A stretch of 64,000 nt of DNA from contig CAVQEW010000007.1 of NCBI GenBank assembly GCA_963711655.1, positions 12,990-76,989 of the forward strand, read 5' to 3'. Position numbers and translations under genes: made by a program. Shown here one piece after another: positions 1 through 11,347 of this stretch. This DNA comes from an uncultured Actinomycetota bacterium (GTDB taxonomy: Bacteria; Actinomycetota; UBA4738; HRBIN12). Every line of letters starts with the position of its first letter. Positions within the stretch are counted from its first letter, which is position 1. The notes under the pieces are model-generated. The model saw only the letters and a list, made by a program, of their open reading frames with translations. It searched no databases and was not told the DNA's origin.

Positions 1-84
1 GTCGAAGACCGCCTCTAAACTTTTCGGGTGTGATATCTTTTGATTAAAATATAGCCTTTAAACCTAAAACCTGTTAAGTTTCAT

Positions 85-470
85 GTGAATTCGGCCATCC
101 CGGCACTCAGGCCTCGACAAGACCTTATGAAAATAAACGAACCTCCAGTTCAGCAGTACCTCGACGAATGGAAACATCGCGAAAGGCACGTCAATACGAA
201 CGCGCAAAAAGGAAGCTTCCGGGCGGCGGTTTTCGGCGTAAACGACGGTTTGGTCTCGAACCTCAGCCTGGTGATGGGCATCGCGGGCGCCAACACCGAG
301 CCAAAGTTCGTGCTGCTTGCCGGGATCGCCGGGCTGCTGGCGGGCGCTTCTTCGATGGCCGCGGGGGAATTTATTTCATGAGGGTCCAGCGCGAGGTTTT
401 TGAAAAACTCATCGAAATGGAAAAAACCGAGTTAAGGAGTTCCCGCAAATCGGTGCCACTTTTCGCGGCC
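85..470 (+). pseudogene. VIT1/CCC1-family (DUF125) Fe/Mn transporter, N-terminal fragment only. The frame breaks near 375-381 and family similarity is lost by about 440-470.
   Basis: ORF 85..381 carries the family-typical FGVNDGLVSNLSLVMGIAGA...LLAGIAGLLAGASSMAAGEF. The continuation RVQREVFEKLIEMEKTEL is one frame over (ORF 168..635). It sits in a much lower-G+C stretch than everything downstream. Confidence 0.6.
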
Positions 471-479
471 TGGTCGACT

Positions 480-1950
480 CCTGGTTCGCGGCCCGGGCGA
501 CGGCACGCTACCGTAGGCGGTCCGGTCGGTGCCGGCAGGGCTGTGGGTGGCCCTGGTGTCGGCGGTGCTCGGCCGCGCTCCTGCCGGCGCTGCTCACGTT
601 CACGCAAGGGGCCCCAGGCTTCGTCCGCTCGGTGAAGCGGCACGCGGATCTACTCCTACGCGTGGCTGCGCCCGGGCAACCCGCTCGAGATTCTGGCGCG
701 CGGGCACCCCCGCATCGGCTTCGAGAACGTCAAGAGGATCTTCGCTCCGTGACGCCCTCGACGACACCCACGGGCTATCTCTCCGACGGGCTACCTCGGG
801 GTCCTCACGCTGCCGCTCGCGTTCTCGGCCCTCGTGGCCAGCCGGTCCGTGTGTGCGCGTCCGCCTCCTGCTCCTCGTCGGCGTCTTCGGGGCCATCGTG
901 CTGTGTCCGCCTGGAGCCCTGTCTTCAGCCTCGTGCTCCGGCGTGGCCGACGCCGCTGGTGCGGTGAACCACTACGGCGGACTCGACGTTTCGGTTCGGG
1001 CTCTTCGCCCTGGTGATCCTCGGCGGCGGCCTCCGGGTTCGAGTCGGTGCTCGGTAGCCGGCAGGACGCCGGCTCGCCGTGCGCGCGGTGGCGGTCACGT
1101 CCATCAATCGGCGGCGCTCTTCGTCGCCCTCCATGGGCCCACGGGTCTGTCGCGCCCGCTCTTCGGGTTCGCGGCGGTGATGACCTGCGCTCCCTCGTGG
1201 CCCTCATGGAGGTCCGCGGCGCCGGGTCCCGCAGGAACGCGTCGCGTCGCGCACTGCTCATCGCCTCGCGGTCGTGGACACGGCCACGGTCGCCTATGGC
1301 CACGTCCGCGAGGTGGTGTGGGCAGGCGCGACGAAAGATCTCGTCGAGCCCGCCCCTACCGCGATCGGCATGGGGGACGACGTGGCGGAGCTCACTACGC
1401 ACGGGGTCGTCATCGAGCCGCAGCGACTCGGCCCTCGGCGACCTCGACGCGCCGCCGCTGCCCGAGGTGAGCTTTCACGTCGCCGCCGAACGCGCCGGTG
1501 ACGCCGACGACCCTGGCGGCGCTCCGCGCGGGGGCGACGGCGACGCTGCTGCTCGCCGGCGAGGGGGCGGCGACCGCCTCGCCTGCGCTCGCGGGCCGAG
1601 CGCCCGCGACCATCGAAGCGGACGGGACACACCTACAACACGCGCGCGCTCCGCGTTCACGCGCCCGAGGCGGATTCGTCTTCCTCCGCACGCCGTAGTC
1701 GCCGTACTGGCGGGCATGGGTCAACGGCGACGCCGCGGCCGGTGGAGCGCGCCTCTTCGCCTTCAGCGCCGTCGCCGTGCCCGTCGGCGAGTCGCACGTT
1801 CGCCTGGCCTTCAGGCCGCCTGGTTGCCCGTCGCGCTCGCGACTCGCCATCGCGGCGCTCGTGCTCGCGGCGGCCGCCTGGCTGGAAAGGTGGCACCAGG
1901 ACGCGGGGCGCCGCCCTCGATGTCGGTCGTTCCCGGGCGCGCGAGTGTGA
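480..1950 (+). pseudogene. Large integral membrane protein, YfhO-like C-terminus, heavily frame-disrupted; boundaries approximate
   Basis: Hydrophobic segments are scattered over three frames (LLLLVGVFGAIVL, FRFGLFALVILGG, GLSRPLFGFAAVMT). Near 1690-1880 comes SPYWRAWVNGDAAA..LFAFSAVAVPVGESHVRLAFRPPG plus a terminal helix IAALVLAAAAWL. This resembles the conserved PGW-A-VDG...aG-H-V-f end of YfhO-type proteins. The family call is from memory. Confidence 0.35.
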
Positions 1951-2770
1951 CGCCGGTGACCGCGCCCGTTCGCGTGATTCGTCCGCCGGCGGCTGTCCAC
2001 GTCGGCCTCGGCGAGCTGTGGGACCATCGCGAGCTCTCTGGCTTCCTCGTGTGGCGCGACCTCAAGTTCGCTACAAGCAGACGCTGCTGGGGGCTCGCTG
2101 GGCCTCTCCAGCCGCTCGCGGCGATGCTCGTCTTCACCCTCTTCTTTTGACGGTGTCGCCGGCTGCCGACGGATGGCCTGCCCTATCCGCTCTTCTCTTA
2201 CGCCGCGCTCGTGCCCTGGATCTTCTTCGCGGCGGCGATCCAGGCGGCGCAAACCTCCTCGGCGGCGCGAATTTGCTCACAAAGGGGTACTTCCCGCGCG
2301 TGATCCTCCCCGCCGCCGCCGTCGCGTCCGCCGCGGTCGACTTCGTGCTCGCGCTTCTCCTGCTCCTCGGGTTGATGCCGCGGTACGGCGAGGTCGCCGC
2401 CGCGGGCGCTCGTGATGACTTCCCGCTCGCGGTGCTGCTGCTCCCTCGTCACCACGCTGGGCATCGCCTGTGGCTGGCCGCGCTGGACGATGACGTATCG
2501 CGACGTCCGGTAGTCGTGCCGTTTCTCACGCAGTTCTGGCTGTTCGCGACGCCGGTGGTGTACCCCGCCAGCATGATCCCCAGCCTTGGCGGACGGTCGC
2601 GGGTCTCGATCCCATGGCGGGGCGTGGTGGAAGCCTTCCGGTGGACGCTCTCGGCACGAAGCCATCGGCCGATACGGCTGGCGCTCTCGATGGCCGTCGG
2701 CCTCGTCGTCTTCTCACCGGCGTGCTGGTCTTCCGGCGGGTCGAGGACCAATGCGGCCTACGTGGTGTGA
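1920..2770 (+). pseudogene. ABC-2 type polysaccharide/teichoic-acid export permease (Wzm/TagG-like), several frame changes
   Basis: Motifs LWDHRELSGFLVWRDLK, VRYKQTLLG, GLPYPLFSYAALVPWIFF, NLLTKGYFPRVILPAAAV and FRRVED are split over at least three frames (ORFs 1047..2150, 1742..2770, 2614..2811). ATG 1920 is in frame with ORF 1047..2150. Confidence 0.7.
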
Positions 2771-2773
2771 TCG

Positions 2774-3492
2774 GTGAGCGACATCGTCGTCCGCGTCGAA
2801 GGGCTCGGTAAGCAGTACCGGATCGGGCCGCGCGGCCCCGCGTACCGGACGCTGAGGGAGCTCTCGTGGCCGCGCCGCCCGCGGCGCCGCTCGCCCGCCC
2901 GCGTGCAGCCCGAAGCGCGTGTCGATCTGGGCGCTGCGCGACGTCTCGTTCGATCTGCGGAAAGGCGAAGGTGGTCGGCTCATCGGACGAACGGCGCCGG
3001 CAAGACGAGATCTCAAGCGTCGCCCGGATCACGCGGCCGACCACCGGGCGCGCCGAGATTCGCGGCCGCCTCGGCGCCCTGCTGGAAACCGGCACGGGGT
3101 TCCACGCGAGCTGACCGGGCGCGAAAACATCTTGAACGGGGCGATCCTCAGATGCGCCGGGCCGAGATCGCGCAGAAGCTCGACGAGATCGTCGCCTTCG
3201 CGGGCGTGGAGGCGTTTCTCGACACCGAGCTCAAGCACTGTCCTCGGGCATGCAGGTGCGCCTCGGCGTTCGCGGTGGCGGCGCACCTCCGTCCCGAGGT
3301 GCTCCTAGTGGACGAGGTGCTCGTCGGAGACGTCGAGTTCCAGAAGAAGTGCATGGGGACCATCGAAGAGGTCACCGGCGACGGCCGCTCGGTGCTGCTC
3401 GTCTGAGCCACAGCCTCGGCGAGATCCGCGCGCTCTGCGCGAGAGCACTGCTCCTGGACGGCGGGCGGCTCGTGGCCGCGGGGCCGGTATGA
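2774..3492 (+). pseudogene. ABC transporter ATP-binding protein of the Wzt/TagH type (short form), several frame changes
   Basis: Recognisable pieces are MSDIVVRVEGLGKQYRIG, ITRPTTGRAEIRGRLGALLETGTGFH, ELTGRENI, MRRAEIAQKLDEIVAFAGVEAFLD, LLVDEVL (Walker B) and HSLGEIRALCARALLLDGGRLVAAGPV. They lie in ORFs 2774..3406, 2919..3308, 2866..3114 and 3250..3492. The gene starts 4 nt after the permease stop. Confidence 0.7.
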
Positions 3493-3538
3493 TCGGGCCC
3501 GCGTGCCGGTCTCGGCTCGCATCGCACAGACTCTCTCG

Positions 3539-4715
3539 ATGGCCACCGCCGGCGAGGATCAGCGGGCGATGCGTCGCGCGCGGGTCGGGGTGACGGCCGC
3601 GTTCGCGGCGCACGCCATGCTGTCCGGTCTCCTGGGGCCGTGGATCCCTCGCATCAAAGCCCAGGCGGGACTGGACGCTTCCGGGCTCGGCATCGCCCTG
3701 ACGGGGTTCGCGGTGGGGCTGCTGGCCGGGACCCGCGTTGCGGACCCGACGATCCGACGCTGGGGTGGCCGGCGGGTCGTCCGCGGCGGCATCCCGGTGA
3801 TGGGCGTGGGATTCGCGCTGTTGCCGGCGGCGGGCGAGCCTCGCGTCGCTCACGCTGCTCTTCTTCGGTATCGGCCTGCTGGCGGGTCTGATCGACGTGG
3901 CGATGAACATCGAGGCGGTCGCGGTCGAGCGCCGCTTCGAACGCCGGGTGATGTCGGCGATCCACGGCACGTGGAGCGTGGCGCTGTTCGTCGGCGCCGC
4001 GCTCGCCTCCGCGGGGATCGCCGCCGGACTGTCGATCGATGTCCACCTCCCGATCTCGGCCGCGCTGGTCGTCGTGGTGAGCGCTGCGTTCCTCCGATGG
4101 TTGCCGGCTGCGGAGGAAGCCACGGAGGCTCCGGTCGCGAGGCCCGACGAGCTGCAGGCCGGCCGGCCGAGCCCGACCCGGGTCCTCCTGCTCCTGTGTC
4201 TGGTCGCCATGGGCTCCTTCCTCGTGGAGGGGATCGCGGTCGAATGGAGCGCTGTCTTCCTTCGCGAGTCGGTGGGCGCCGACCCGGGCGCCGCCGGGCT
4301 CGGCGTCGTCGCGTTCTCGGCCGGGATGGCGTCGTCGCGCTTCCTCGGGGATCGCCTCGTGGCACGGTTCGGGCAGCAGGCCGTCGCTCGGGTCGGCGCC
4401 TCGAGCGCGTTCGCAGCGCTCGCCGCGATGCTGATCGTCCACCGCCTGGTCCCGTCCATCGCCGCGCTCGGGATCGTAGGCCTGGGCCTCGGCCCTGTGG
4501 TCCCCCTCGCGTTCCGGACCGCCGGTCGGACCTTCCGTTCGGGTCACGCGAGCGCCCTCCCGCTCGTGGCGACCGCCGGCTACATGGGCTCGATCGTCGG
4601 ACCGCTGCTCGTGGGCTTCATCGCCGACCTGGCCACCCTGCGGATGGCGTTCCTCGTGCCGCTCGTCGCGACGGCGGTGTCGGCGCTGTCCGCGGGAGCG
4701 ACCCGCGACCGGTGA
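3539..4715 (+). pseudogene. MFS transporter, one frame change near 3845
   Basis: The N-terminal helices are in ORF 3503..4735 (AFAAHAMLSGLLGPWIPRIKAQAGLDASGLGIALTGFAVGLLAG). The rest is in ORF 3897..4715, with about 8 further hydrophobic helices and a typical MFS loop spacing. Confidence 0.65.
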
Positions 4716-4727
4716 GGCGTCACCAGG

Positions 4728-7209
4728 TCAGGTGATCGTGCCTTCGACCGTTACATCCGATCCCTCGGGAGCGGGAGCCACGACGTTCCCGTCGACCTGT
4801 CGGCCGTCGACGCGCAACGACGTGACCCGCCCGGTGACGCCGCCGGGCTTGTCGATCGCGATCCGGTAGGTCGCGCCCCGGAACCGGCGGACGGCCCGGA
4901 ACCCGTCCCACGCCGAGGGAAGGCAGGGTCGATCCGCAGGCCGTCGTGCTCGGGCCGGATGCCGAGGATCCACTGGGTGATGGCCACGAAGTTCCACGCC
5001 GCCGTGCCGGTGAGCCACGAGTTCTTCGCCTCGCCGGGCGTCGCGGCGTCCTTGCCCGGCGATCATCTGCGCGTACACGTACGGCTCGCACGCGATGGAC
5101 CTCGCGATCGGTCCTCGCGGGCGGACGGGTTGATCCGCAGGTAGTAGTCGAACGCGCGGTCGCGCGTTGCCGACCATCGTCTCGGCGATCATGATCCACG
5201 GGTTCGTGTGGCAGAAGACGGCCGCCGTTCTCCTTGTATCCCGGCGGGTAGGAGCGAGATCTCGCCGAGCTCGACTGGTAGCTGCGTGTACGGCGGGTTG
5301 CAGCAGGACGATGCCGTGCGGCGTCGCCGAGTCGCTCGCGCGACCGAGTCGAGGGCCCGCTGCGGCCCGACCCGTCGTCGAGGCCGATCGCCCGCCATCA
5401 CGCACATGCCCTGCGGCTCGATGAAGATCTGGCCCTCCGTCGTTGCTCGCCGACCCGACGGGGTCACCGAAGAAGTCGTAGGCCCGCAGGAACCAGTCGC
5501 CGTCCCAGCCGTGCTCGACGACGGCGGCCATCATCTGCCCGCTCGCCTCCCGGTCCGTCGCGGCGTCGTCGGGTGAGACCGCGCCGCTCGGCGAGCTGCG
5601 CGAGCTCCTCGGCCGCCAGCACGAACAGGCCGGCGATGAACACGGACTCGGCGACCCCGCCCTCGCGGTTCTCGGTGGTCTGGAACGACTCGCCGGGCGT
5701 CGTCCGAGAAGCAGTTCAGGTTCAGGCAGTCGTTCCAGTCGGCCCGGCCGATCAGCGGCAGCCCGTGCGGGCCGAGCCGGTCCAGGCGTGTAGCGCGAGC
5801 GCCCGGCGGCAGATGCTCGTAGAGCGGCGTCTCCGATCCGGGCTCGTTGTCGTACGGCACCGGCTCGTCGAGGACCGCCAGGTCGCCGGTCTCCTTCACG
5901 TACGCGGCCGACGGCGAGGACGAGCCAGAGCGGGTCGTCGTTGAAGCCCGAGCCGATCGCGTCGTTGCCGCGCTTCGTGAGCGGCTGGTACTGGTGGTAG
6001 GCGCCGCCCGTCGGAAGCTGGGTCGCGGCGAGGTCGAGGATGCCGTTCCCGCGCCCGCTCGGGGACCATGTGCACGAACCCGAGCAGGTCCTGGTTCGAG
6101 TCCCGGAACCCCATGCCGCGGCCGATCCCGGTGTCGAACATCGACGCCGAGCGGGACAGGTTGAACGTCGCCATGCACTGGTACGCGTTCCAGACGTTCA
6201 CCATCCGGTCGACGTGCGTCGTTCGGCGTCGAGACCTCCAGCACGTCGAGAGCTCGGCCCAGCGGTCGCGCAGCCCGCCCGAACGCAGCCTCGACCTCGT
6301 CCGGCCGCCGATACCGCTCGATCACGGGGCGGACGCATCGCCTTGTTGAGGGTCTGCGATCCGGGCGGGTCGAACTTGGCATCCGGCGGGTTCTCCGCGT
6401 AGCCGAGGAGGAACAGGATCTCTCGCGTCTCGCCCGGAGCCAGCGTGAGCTCGCACGTGGTGGGAGCCGATCGGTGCCCAGCCGTGCGCGATCGAGTTGC
6501 CGGATGTCCCGCGCTCGACGGCGACCGGCCGATCCCAGCCGCGGTATGGCCCGAGGAAGGCCTCCCGCTGGGTGTCGAAGCCGGCGAGCGTCCCGCGAGC
6601 AGGCGAAGTACGCGAAGTGGTTCCGCCGCTCCCGGTACTCGGTCTTGTGGTAGATCACGCCGTCGACGACCTCGACCTCGCCGGTCGAGAAGTTGCGCTG
6701 GAAGTTGGTCTGCGTCGTCCTGGGCGTCCCACAGGCAGAACTCGACGCGCAGAAGAGCGAGAGCGACGCCGCGCGTGTCGCGGTGGTTCGTGACGTCGGG
6801 TCCGCCAGACCTCCAGCGTCTCGCCGAGGGGCACGAAGTACAGGGTCTCCGTCTCGATGCCCGCGGTCCGAGATGGACGCGATCACCGTGTACCCGAGGC
6901 CATGGCGGCACTCGTACGCCGTCGAGCTCCGTTCGGGTCGGCTGCCACGACGGGCGACCAGGATCGCCCGACGCGGTGTCGCGCAGGTAGAGGTACCGCC
7001 CGCCGGTGTCGGCGGGGACGTTGTTGTACCGGTACCGGGTCAGCCGTCGGAGTCGCGCGTCCCGGTAGAAGGAGTACCCGCCGGCCGTGTTCGAGATGAT
7101 CCCGAAGTACGTCCTCGCTGCCCAGGTAGTTGATCCAGGGGAGGGGCGTGTCCGGGCGGGTGATGACGTACTCGCGCGCCTCGTCGTCGAAGTGGCCGAA
7201 CCGTGTCAA
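4728..7209 (-). pseudogene. GH94 disaccharide phosphorylase (cellobiose/chitobiose/laminaribiose phosphorylase family), at least 5 frame changes
   Basis: Family motifs: [89 protein letters not shown] and [11 protein letters not shown]. They are spread over ORFs 6883..7707, 6198..6911, 5896..6204, 5531..6886 and 4728..5534. TTG 7209 overlaps the stop of the upstream gene (TTGA). Substrate cannot be assigned from sequence alone. Confidence 0.8.
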
Positions 7210-7769
7210 GTGGGCATGGCTCCAGGTCGCTCCTGCCGTCGCTCCACGATCTGGTCCGCCACGCCGAGGCTCGTGAACGGCAGCGCGGGTGCCAGCAGCA
7301 AGGCGATGTCGGAGACCATCATCAGGAGGAACACGAACAGCGTCACGACGGCGACGGCCGCGGCTCTCGCCTTCCACGAGTGGATGGGGTCCGCTCGCAG
7401 CGCGGCGATGCCACCCGCGCCGAGGCCCGCGACGAACCCGGTCACCGCGTCGGGAGCCACGGCCGAGATCGGGATCCCCACGAGCAGCGACAGCACCATC
7501 GCTCGGACGACGGCGCCGGGCGCGCGGGGATGCTCGGAGAGGAACGCCAGGACGATGAAGACGAACGGGATGAGTGCGAGTCCGAACGCGATCCACGGGG
7601 CGGGCGCAGGGGCTCGAGGATCGTCCGAGCCGACCGCCGCGACGCCGGCCAGGACCGACCAGAACGCGGGCGCCAGCACCAGCGTCGCCAGCGTGATCGC
7701 CCGCCACTTCTTGCGCGGCGAGAGGGGCTCGGCACCTGCGAGCCCGGACCCTCGGGCTCGACGCGCCAC
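7206..7769 (-). CDS. Small polytopic membrane protein (about 187 aa, about 4 helices), no family recognised
   Basis: This is the 3' part of ORF 7206..8597. GTG 7769 is in frame, 3 nt after the permease stop. Helices: [59 protein letters not shown] and [24 protein letters not shown]. Confidence 0.5.
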   Translation of the reverse strand: MARRARGSGLAGAEPLSPRKKWRAITLATLVLAPAFWSVLAGVAAVGSDDPRAPAPAPWIAFGLALIPFVFIVLAFLSEHPRAPGAVVRAMVLSLLVGIPISAVAPDAVTGFVAGLGAGGIAALRADPIHSWKARAAAVAVVTLFVFLLMMVSDIALLLAPALPFTSLGVADQIVERRQERPGAMPT

Positions 7770-7771
7770 CC

Positions 7772-8710
7772 TCAGCCCTTGACGGCGCCCGCCGTGAGCC
7801 CGCGGACGAAGTACCGCTGGAGGGAGAAGAACACGATGAGCGGCAGCGACATCGAGATGAACGCCGCCGCCGTCAGGATCTGCCAGTTCTCGCCCGTCGA
7901 GCCCACGAGGTTCCGCAAGGCCACGGTGAGCACGATGTTCTTCCCCGCCCCGCCGAGGAACACGTACGCGACGAGCAGATCGTTCCAGACCCACATGAAC
8001 TGGAAGATCGCGAACGCCGCGAGGGCCGGGATCGAGAGCGGGATGATCAGGCGCCAGAAGATCGTGAAGTGGTCGGCGCCGTCGATCCGCGCCGACTCGA
8101 TGATCGAGGAGGGGAGCGAGCCGATGTAGTTCCGGAGCAGATACACGGCGAGGGGAAGACCGAACCCCGTATGTGCGAGCCAGATGCCGACGAAGGACTG
8201 ATTCAGGTCCAGATCCGGGACGATGATGTAGTCGCCGAGCATGATGCCCTGTGTGAACAGCTTCAGGATCGGGATCAGCGCCATCTGGAGGGGGACGACC
8301 AGGAGCCCCACCACGGTGACGAACATCACGTACCGTCCCCGGAACTCCATCCACGAGAAGGCGTATGCCGCGAACGCCGCGATCGTGATCGGGATCACCG
8401 TGGCGGGGATCGCCATGGCGAGGCTGTTCATGAACGCGCTCCCGAACTCTTGGCCCTCGATCGCCACCCGATAGTTCTCGAGCGTCCACTGGGCCGCCTC
8501 GAACGGTTTCGCGAGCGCCGTCCACCAACCCGACGTGTTCACGAACTCCTCCGCACGGAAGGAGGTGATCAGCACGCCGAGGGTCGGGATCGACCACAAG
8601 AGCACGATCACGATGATCGTGATGCGGATGAGCCAGCCGCCCGTGCGGACGTCTCCCACGTTGCCGCTGCGCTCGGGCTCGATCGGCGCCGAGACCGGCG
8701 TGGCGCTCAT
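7772..8710 (-). CDS. Carbohydrate ABC transporter permease (MalG/CUT1 type)
   Basis: Intact reading frame from ATG 8710, which is in frame within ORF 7772..9385. EAA-type loop [20 protein letters not shown] and 6 hydrophobic helices. ATGA overlap with the upstream permease. Confidence 0.9.
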   Translation of the reverse strand: MSATPVSAPIEPERSGNVGDVRTGGWLIRITIIVIVLLWSIPTLGVLITSFRAEEFVNTSGWWTALAKPFEAAQWTLENYRVAIEGQEFGSAFMNSLAMAIPATVIPITIAAFAAYAFSWMEFRGRYVMFVTVVGLLVVPLQMALIPILKLFTQGIMLGDYIIVPDLDLNQSFVGIWLAHTGFGLPLAVYLLRNYIGSLPSSIIESARIDGADHFTIFWRLIIPLSIPALAAFAIFQFMWVWNDLLVAYVFLGGAGKNIVLTVALRNLVGSTGENWQILTAAAFISMSLPLIVFFSLQRYFVRGLTAGAVKG

Positions 8711-9870
8711 CGGATGGCCTCCTGTTCGCGGAACCGTCGCATGTTCCAGATCATGACCGGGATCACGGCCAGGAACAGGACGACCGCGACCGCGGCGCCC
8801 CGGCCGTTGTGGTTGAGCTGGAAGAACCATCGGAGCATCCGCTCGGCCATCACGACCGTGCCGTTGTTCTCCGCGCTCGCCGGCTGGACGAAGACGATGT
8901 CGAAGACCTTCATCGCGTTGATCACCATGTAGGTCGTCACCACCACGATCGTCGGGACGATCGTCGGCACCATGATGCGCCAGAAGACCTGGAGCTCGGA
9001 GGCGCCGTCGATCCGAGCGGCCTCGATGATCTCGTCGGGGATCGCCTTGATCGCGGCGGACAGCACCACCATGGCGAATCCCGTCTGCATCCAGACCATG
9101 ATCACCATCAGGAAGAGGTTGTTCCACGGCTGGAGCTCCAGCCATTTGACGGGGTCCTGACCCAGCCCGAGCATGATCCCGTTGAGCAGCCCGATGTTGC
9201 TCCCGAAGCCCTGTGAACGGTAGCTGTAGATCAGCTGCCACGTGATCGAGGCGCCCGCGAACGAGATCGCCATCGGAAGGAAGATCAACGACTTCGCCAC
9301 CGCCTCGCCGCGCCGGAGCTTGTCGGCCATGGTCGCGAACGCGAGCCCGATGCTCACCGCGGCCAACGGCACGAGGATCAGCCACCCCGCCGTGTTGCGG
9401 ATCGACCGCAGCATGTTGACGTCGGTGAAGACGAACTTGTAGTTGTCCAGTCCCACGAACTCCGTCGAGTTGCCGTTCTCGAAGCTGATGAAGATCGTGT
9501 TGAACACCGGGTACACCAGGAACACGGCCAGGAGGACCAGCGCGGGTCCCACGAACACGTAGGGCCGGACCCTCTCGCGGAGCCGCTCGGAGAGCAGGTC
9601 GACGACCCGGTTCATCATCCAGAACAGCAGGAAGACGCCGCCGACGCCCACCACGATCGCGAGTCCCACGACCGTGGCGCGGTTCGCGTTCGGGTCCCGC
9701 AAGTAGTCGAACGCCAGCAGGAACAGGGCGACCGCGACGACGGCCCCGATGATGACGGACGCGATCCGGAGCGGAGAGGCGCTGGTCCGCTCCGTCGTAG
9801 GCGCCCCGTCACCGGGATCCGCCGGCTCAGGACCCGTCGTCCGCTCGTCGGTCCTCTCCACGAGGCTCAA
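8707..9870 (-). CDS. Carbohydrate ABC transporter permease (MalF/CUT1 type)
   Basis: Intact 387-aa ORF. EAA loop EAARIDGASELQVFWRIMVP, with a long N-terminal extension before the first helix. Confidence 0.9.
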   Translation of the reverse strand: MSLVERTDERTTGPEPADPGDGAPTTERTSASPLRIASVIIGAVVAVALFLLAFDYLRDPNANRATVVGLAIVVGVGGVFLLFWMMNRVVDLLSERLRERVRPYVFVGPALVLLAVFLVYPVFNTIFISFENGNSTEFVGLDNYKFVFTDVNMLRSIRNTAGWLILVPLAAVSIGLAFATMADKLRRGEAVAKSLIFLPMAISFAGASITWQLIYSYRSQGFGSNIGLLNGIMLGLGQDPVKWLELQPWNNLFLMVIMVWMQTGFAMVVLSAAIKAIPDEIIEAARIDGASELQVFWRIMVPTIVPTIVVVTTYMVINAMKVFDIVFVQPASAENNGTVVMAERMLRWFFQLNHNGRGAAVAVVLFLAVIPVMIWNMRRFREQEAIR

Positions 9871-9975
9871 TCCTCCCCTGCGATGCGACGCTCACGCAAA
9901 CCGGGGAGCGGCCGCTGCGCGGCCGCTCCCCGTTCGCTCATCGGACCCCGTGGAGGGATCCGCCGCGCCGTCCGG

Positions 9976-11288
9976 TCACGCCGGCCAGCTCGCCTCGATC
10001 TCGTCCAGCACGCTCTGGAGCGAGCTTGGACCCTCCTGCATGTACCGGACCATCCCTGTCCAGAAGCTGCCGGCACCGACCTCACCGGGCATCAGGTCCG
10101 ATGCGTCGAACCGTCCCGTGCCGGTCGACAGGGCCTCCGTGAGGACCGCCGCCGAGTCGGCCAGGATCGGGTTGGTGTAGCAGTCCGGGCTGACGTTGAT
10201 GTTCGGCGAGACCCGCGAGGAGTCCGGTTCGGCGCCCTGCGCGCACTGGACGGGCTCGCTCAGGAACTTCTCGAGGAAGTCCGCCACCTCGGGCCGGTTC
10301 CCGTTCGTGCCGACCACCGCGTACTCACCGGCCAGGAGCGTCCCCTCCTGGTCGATCGGTGGGAACGGGGAACCAGTCGTAGTCCACGCCCGACTCCGCG
10401 TCCGCCGGGAAGGGCGCGGCGCCGATGATGAAGCTCGCCTGGCGGTGCAGCCAGCACTTCGGCGGGTCGTCGAACATCGGCAGCGGGGAGGCCCCGAAGG
10501 CGATCGACGGCGTGTCGGCCGCGCCGCCGAGGACGTAGCCGTCGTGGAACATCACGTCGCCGAACGTCTGTGCCGCGGTCGCGACCGCCGGGTCGTTGAA
10601 CGGGATCTCGTGGGTCACCCACTGGTCGTAGACGTCGGGCCCCGCCGTGCGGAGCATGATGTCTTCCATCCAGTCCGTCGCCGGCCATCCGGTGGCGCTT
10701 CCGGACTCGAACCCGACGCACCACGGTGTCCCACCGTCGGCCACGATCTGGTCGGACAGGGCCATCAGCTCGTCCCATGTCGTCGGCACGGTGTACCCGG
10801 CCGCGTCGAAGTCGTCCTTCGGGTACCAGATCATCGACTTCAGGTTGACGTTGGTCGGCAGCCCCCAGTGCTCGCCTTCGAACTCGACCAACGACATCAG
10901 GTACTCGCCGACCGTCTCCTCGAGCTGGGCGACATCGAGCCCCAGGTCCTCGAGCGAGACGAGCGTCCCCGCCGCCGCCTCCGTGGCCACGGTTCCCGGC
11001 TGCGGCACCAGCGCGACGTCCAGCGTGCCGCTCTCGGCCCTGATCGGGAACTGCTCCTCGAAGTCGGGCGACGCCTCGATCTCGACGGTGTAGTCGACAT
11101 CGCCGATGTTCTCGTCGACGGCCGTCTGGACCGCCTCGCCCTCGTGCGGCTCCATCGCGTTCAAGACGTTGACCGTTCCGGTGTTCTCGGCCTGGTCACC
11201 GCCGCCGCCGCCGCCCTCCTCGCTCTTACACGCCTGCCGCGACCATCACGATCACCACGGTCAGCGCGAGCATCCGGAACTTCCGCAT
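9976..11288 (-). pseudogene. Extracellular sugar-binding lipoprotein (ABC family-1 SBP), 2 frame changes
   Basis: Signal [19 protein letters not shown], then GTG TAA. Removing one G at about 11231 gives [16 protein letters not shown] (lipobox Cys plus Gly linker) and joins in frame to ORF 10325..11164. The C-terminal part is in ORF 9976..10317. Confidence 0.8.
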
Positions 11289-11347
11289 GCGACCCCTCCC
11301 TCTCTTCTCTCTGTCCTGTCGTCGATCTCGTTCCCATCCATCAGCTC

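Noticed and set aside
1-110. Loose resemblance of the window start (..GGGTGTGATATC..TTTAAACCT..) and of the AT-rich flank of the T138 run (49165-49206) to sequencing adapter or primer sequences I recall
   Set aside because: The matches are partial and from memory only. I cannot verify them without a database screen, so I make no adapter claim. The screen is listed as a check instead.
7770-8597. Upstream part of ORF 7206..8597 and ORF 7203..8129
   Set aside because: They are out of frame or antisense to the intact MalG-type permease. Only the last 187 codons (from GTG 7769) look like a real membrane protein.
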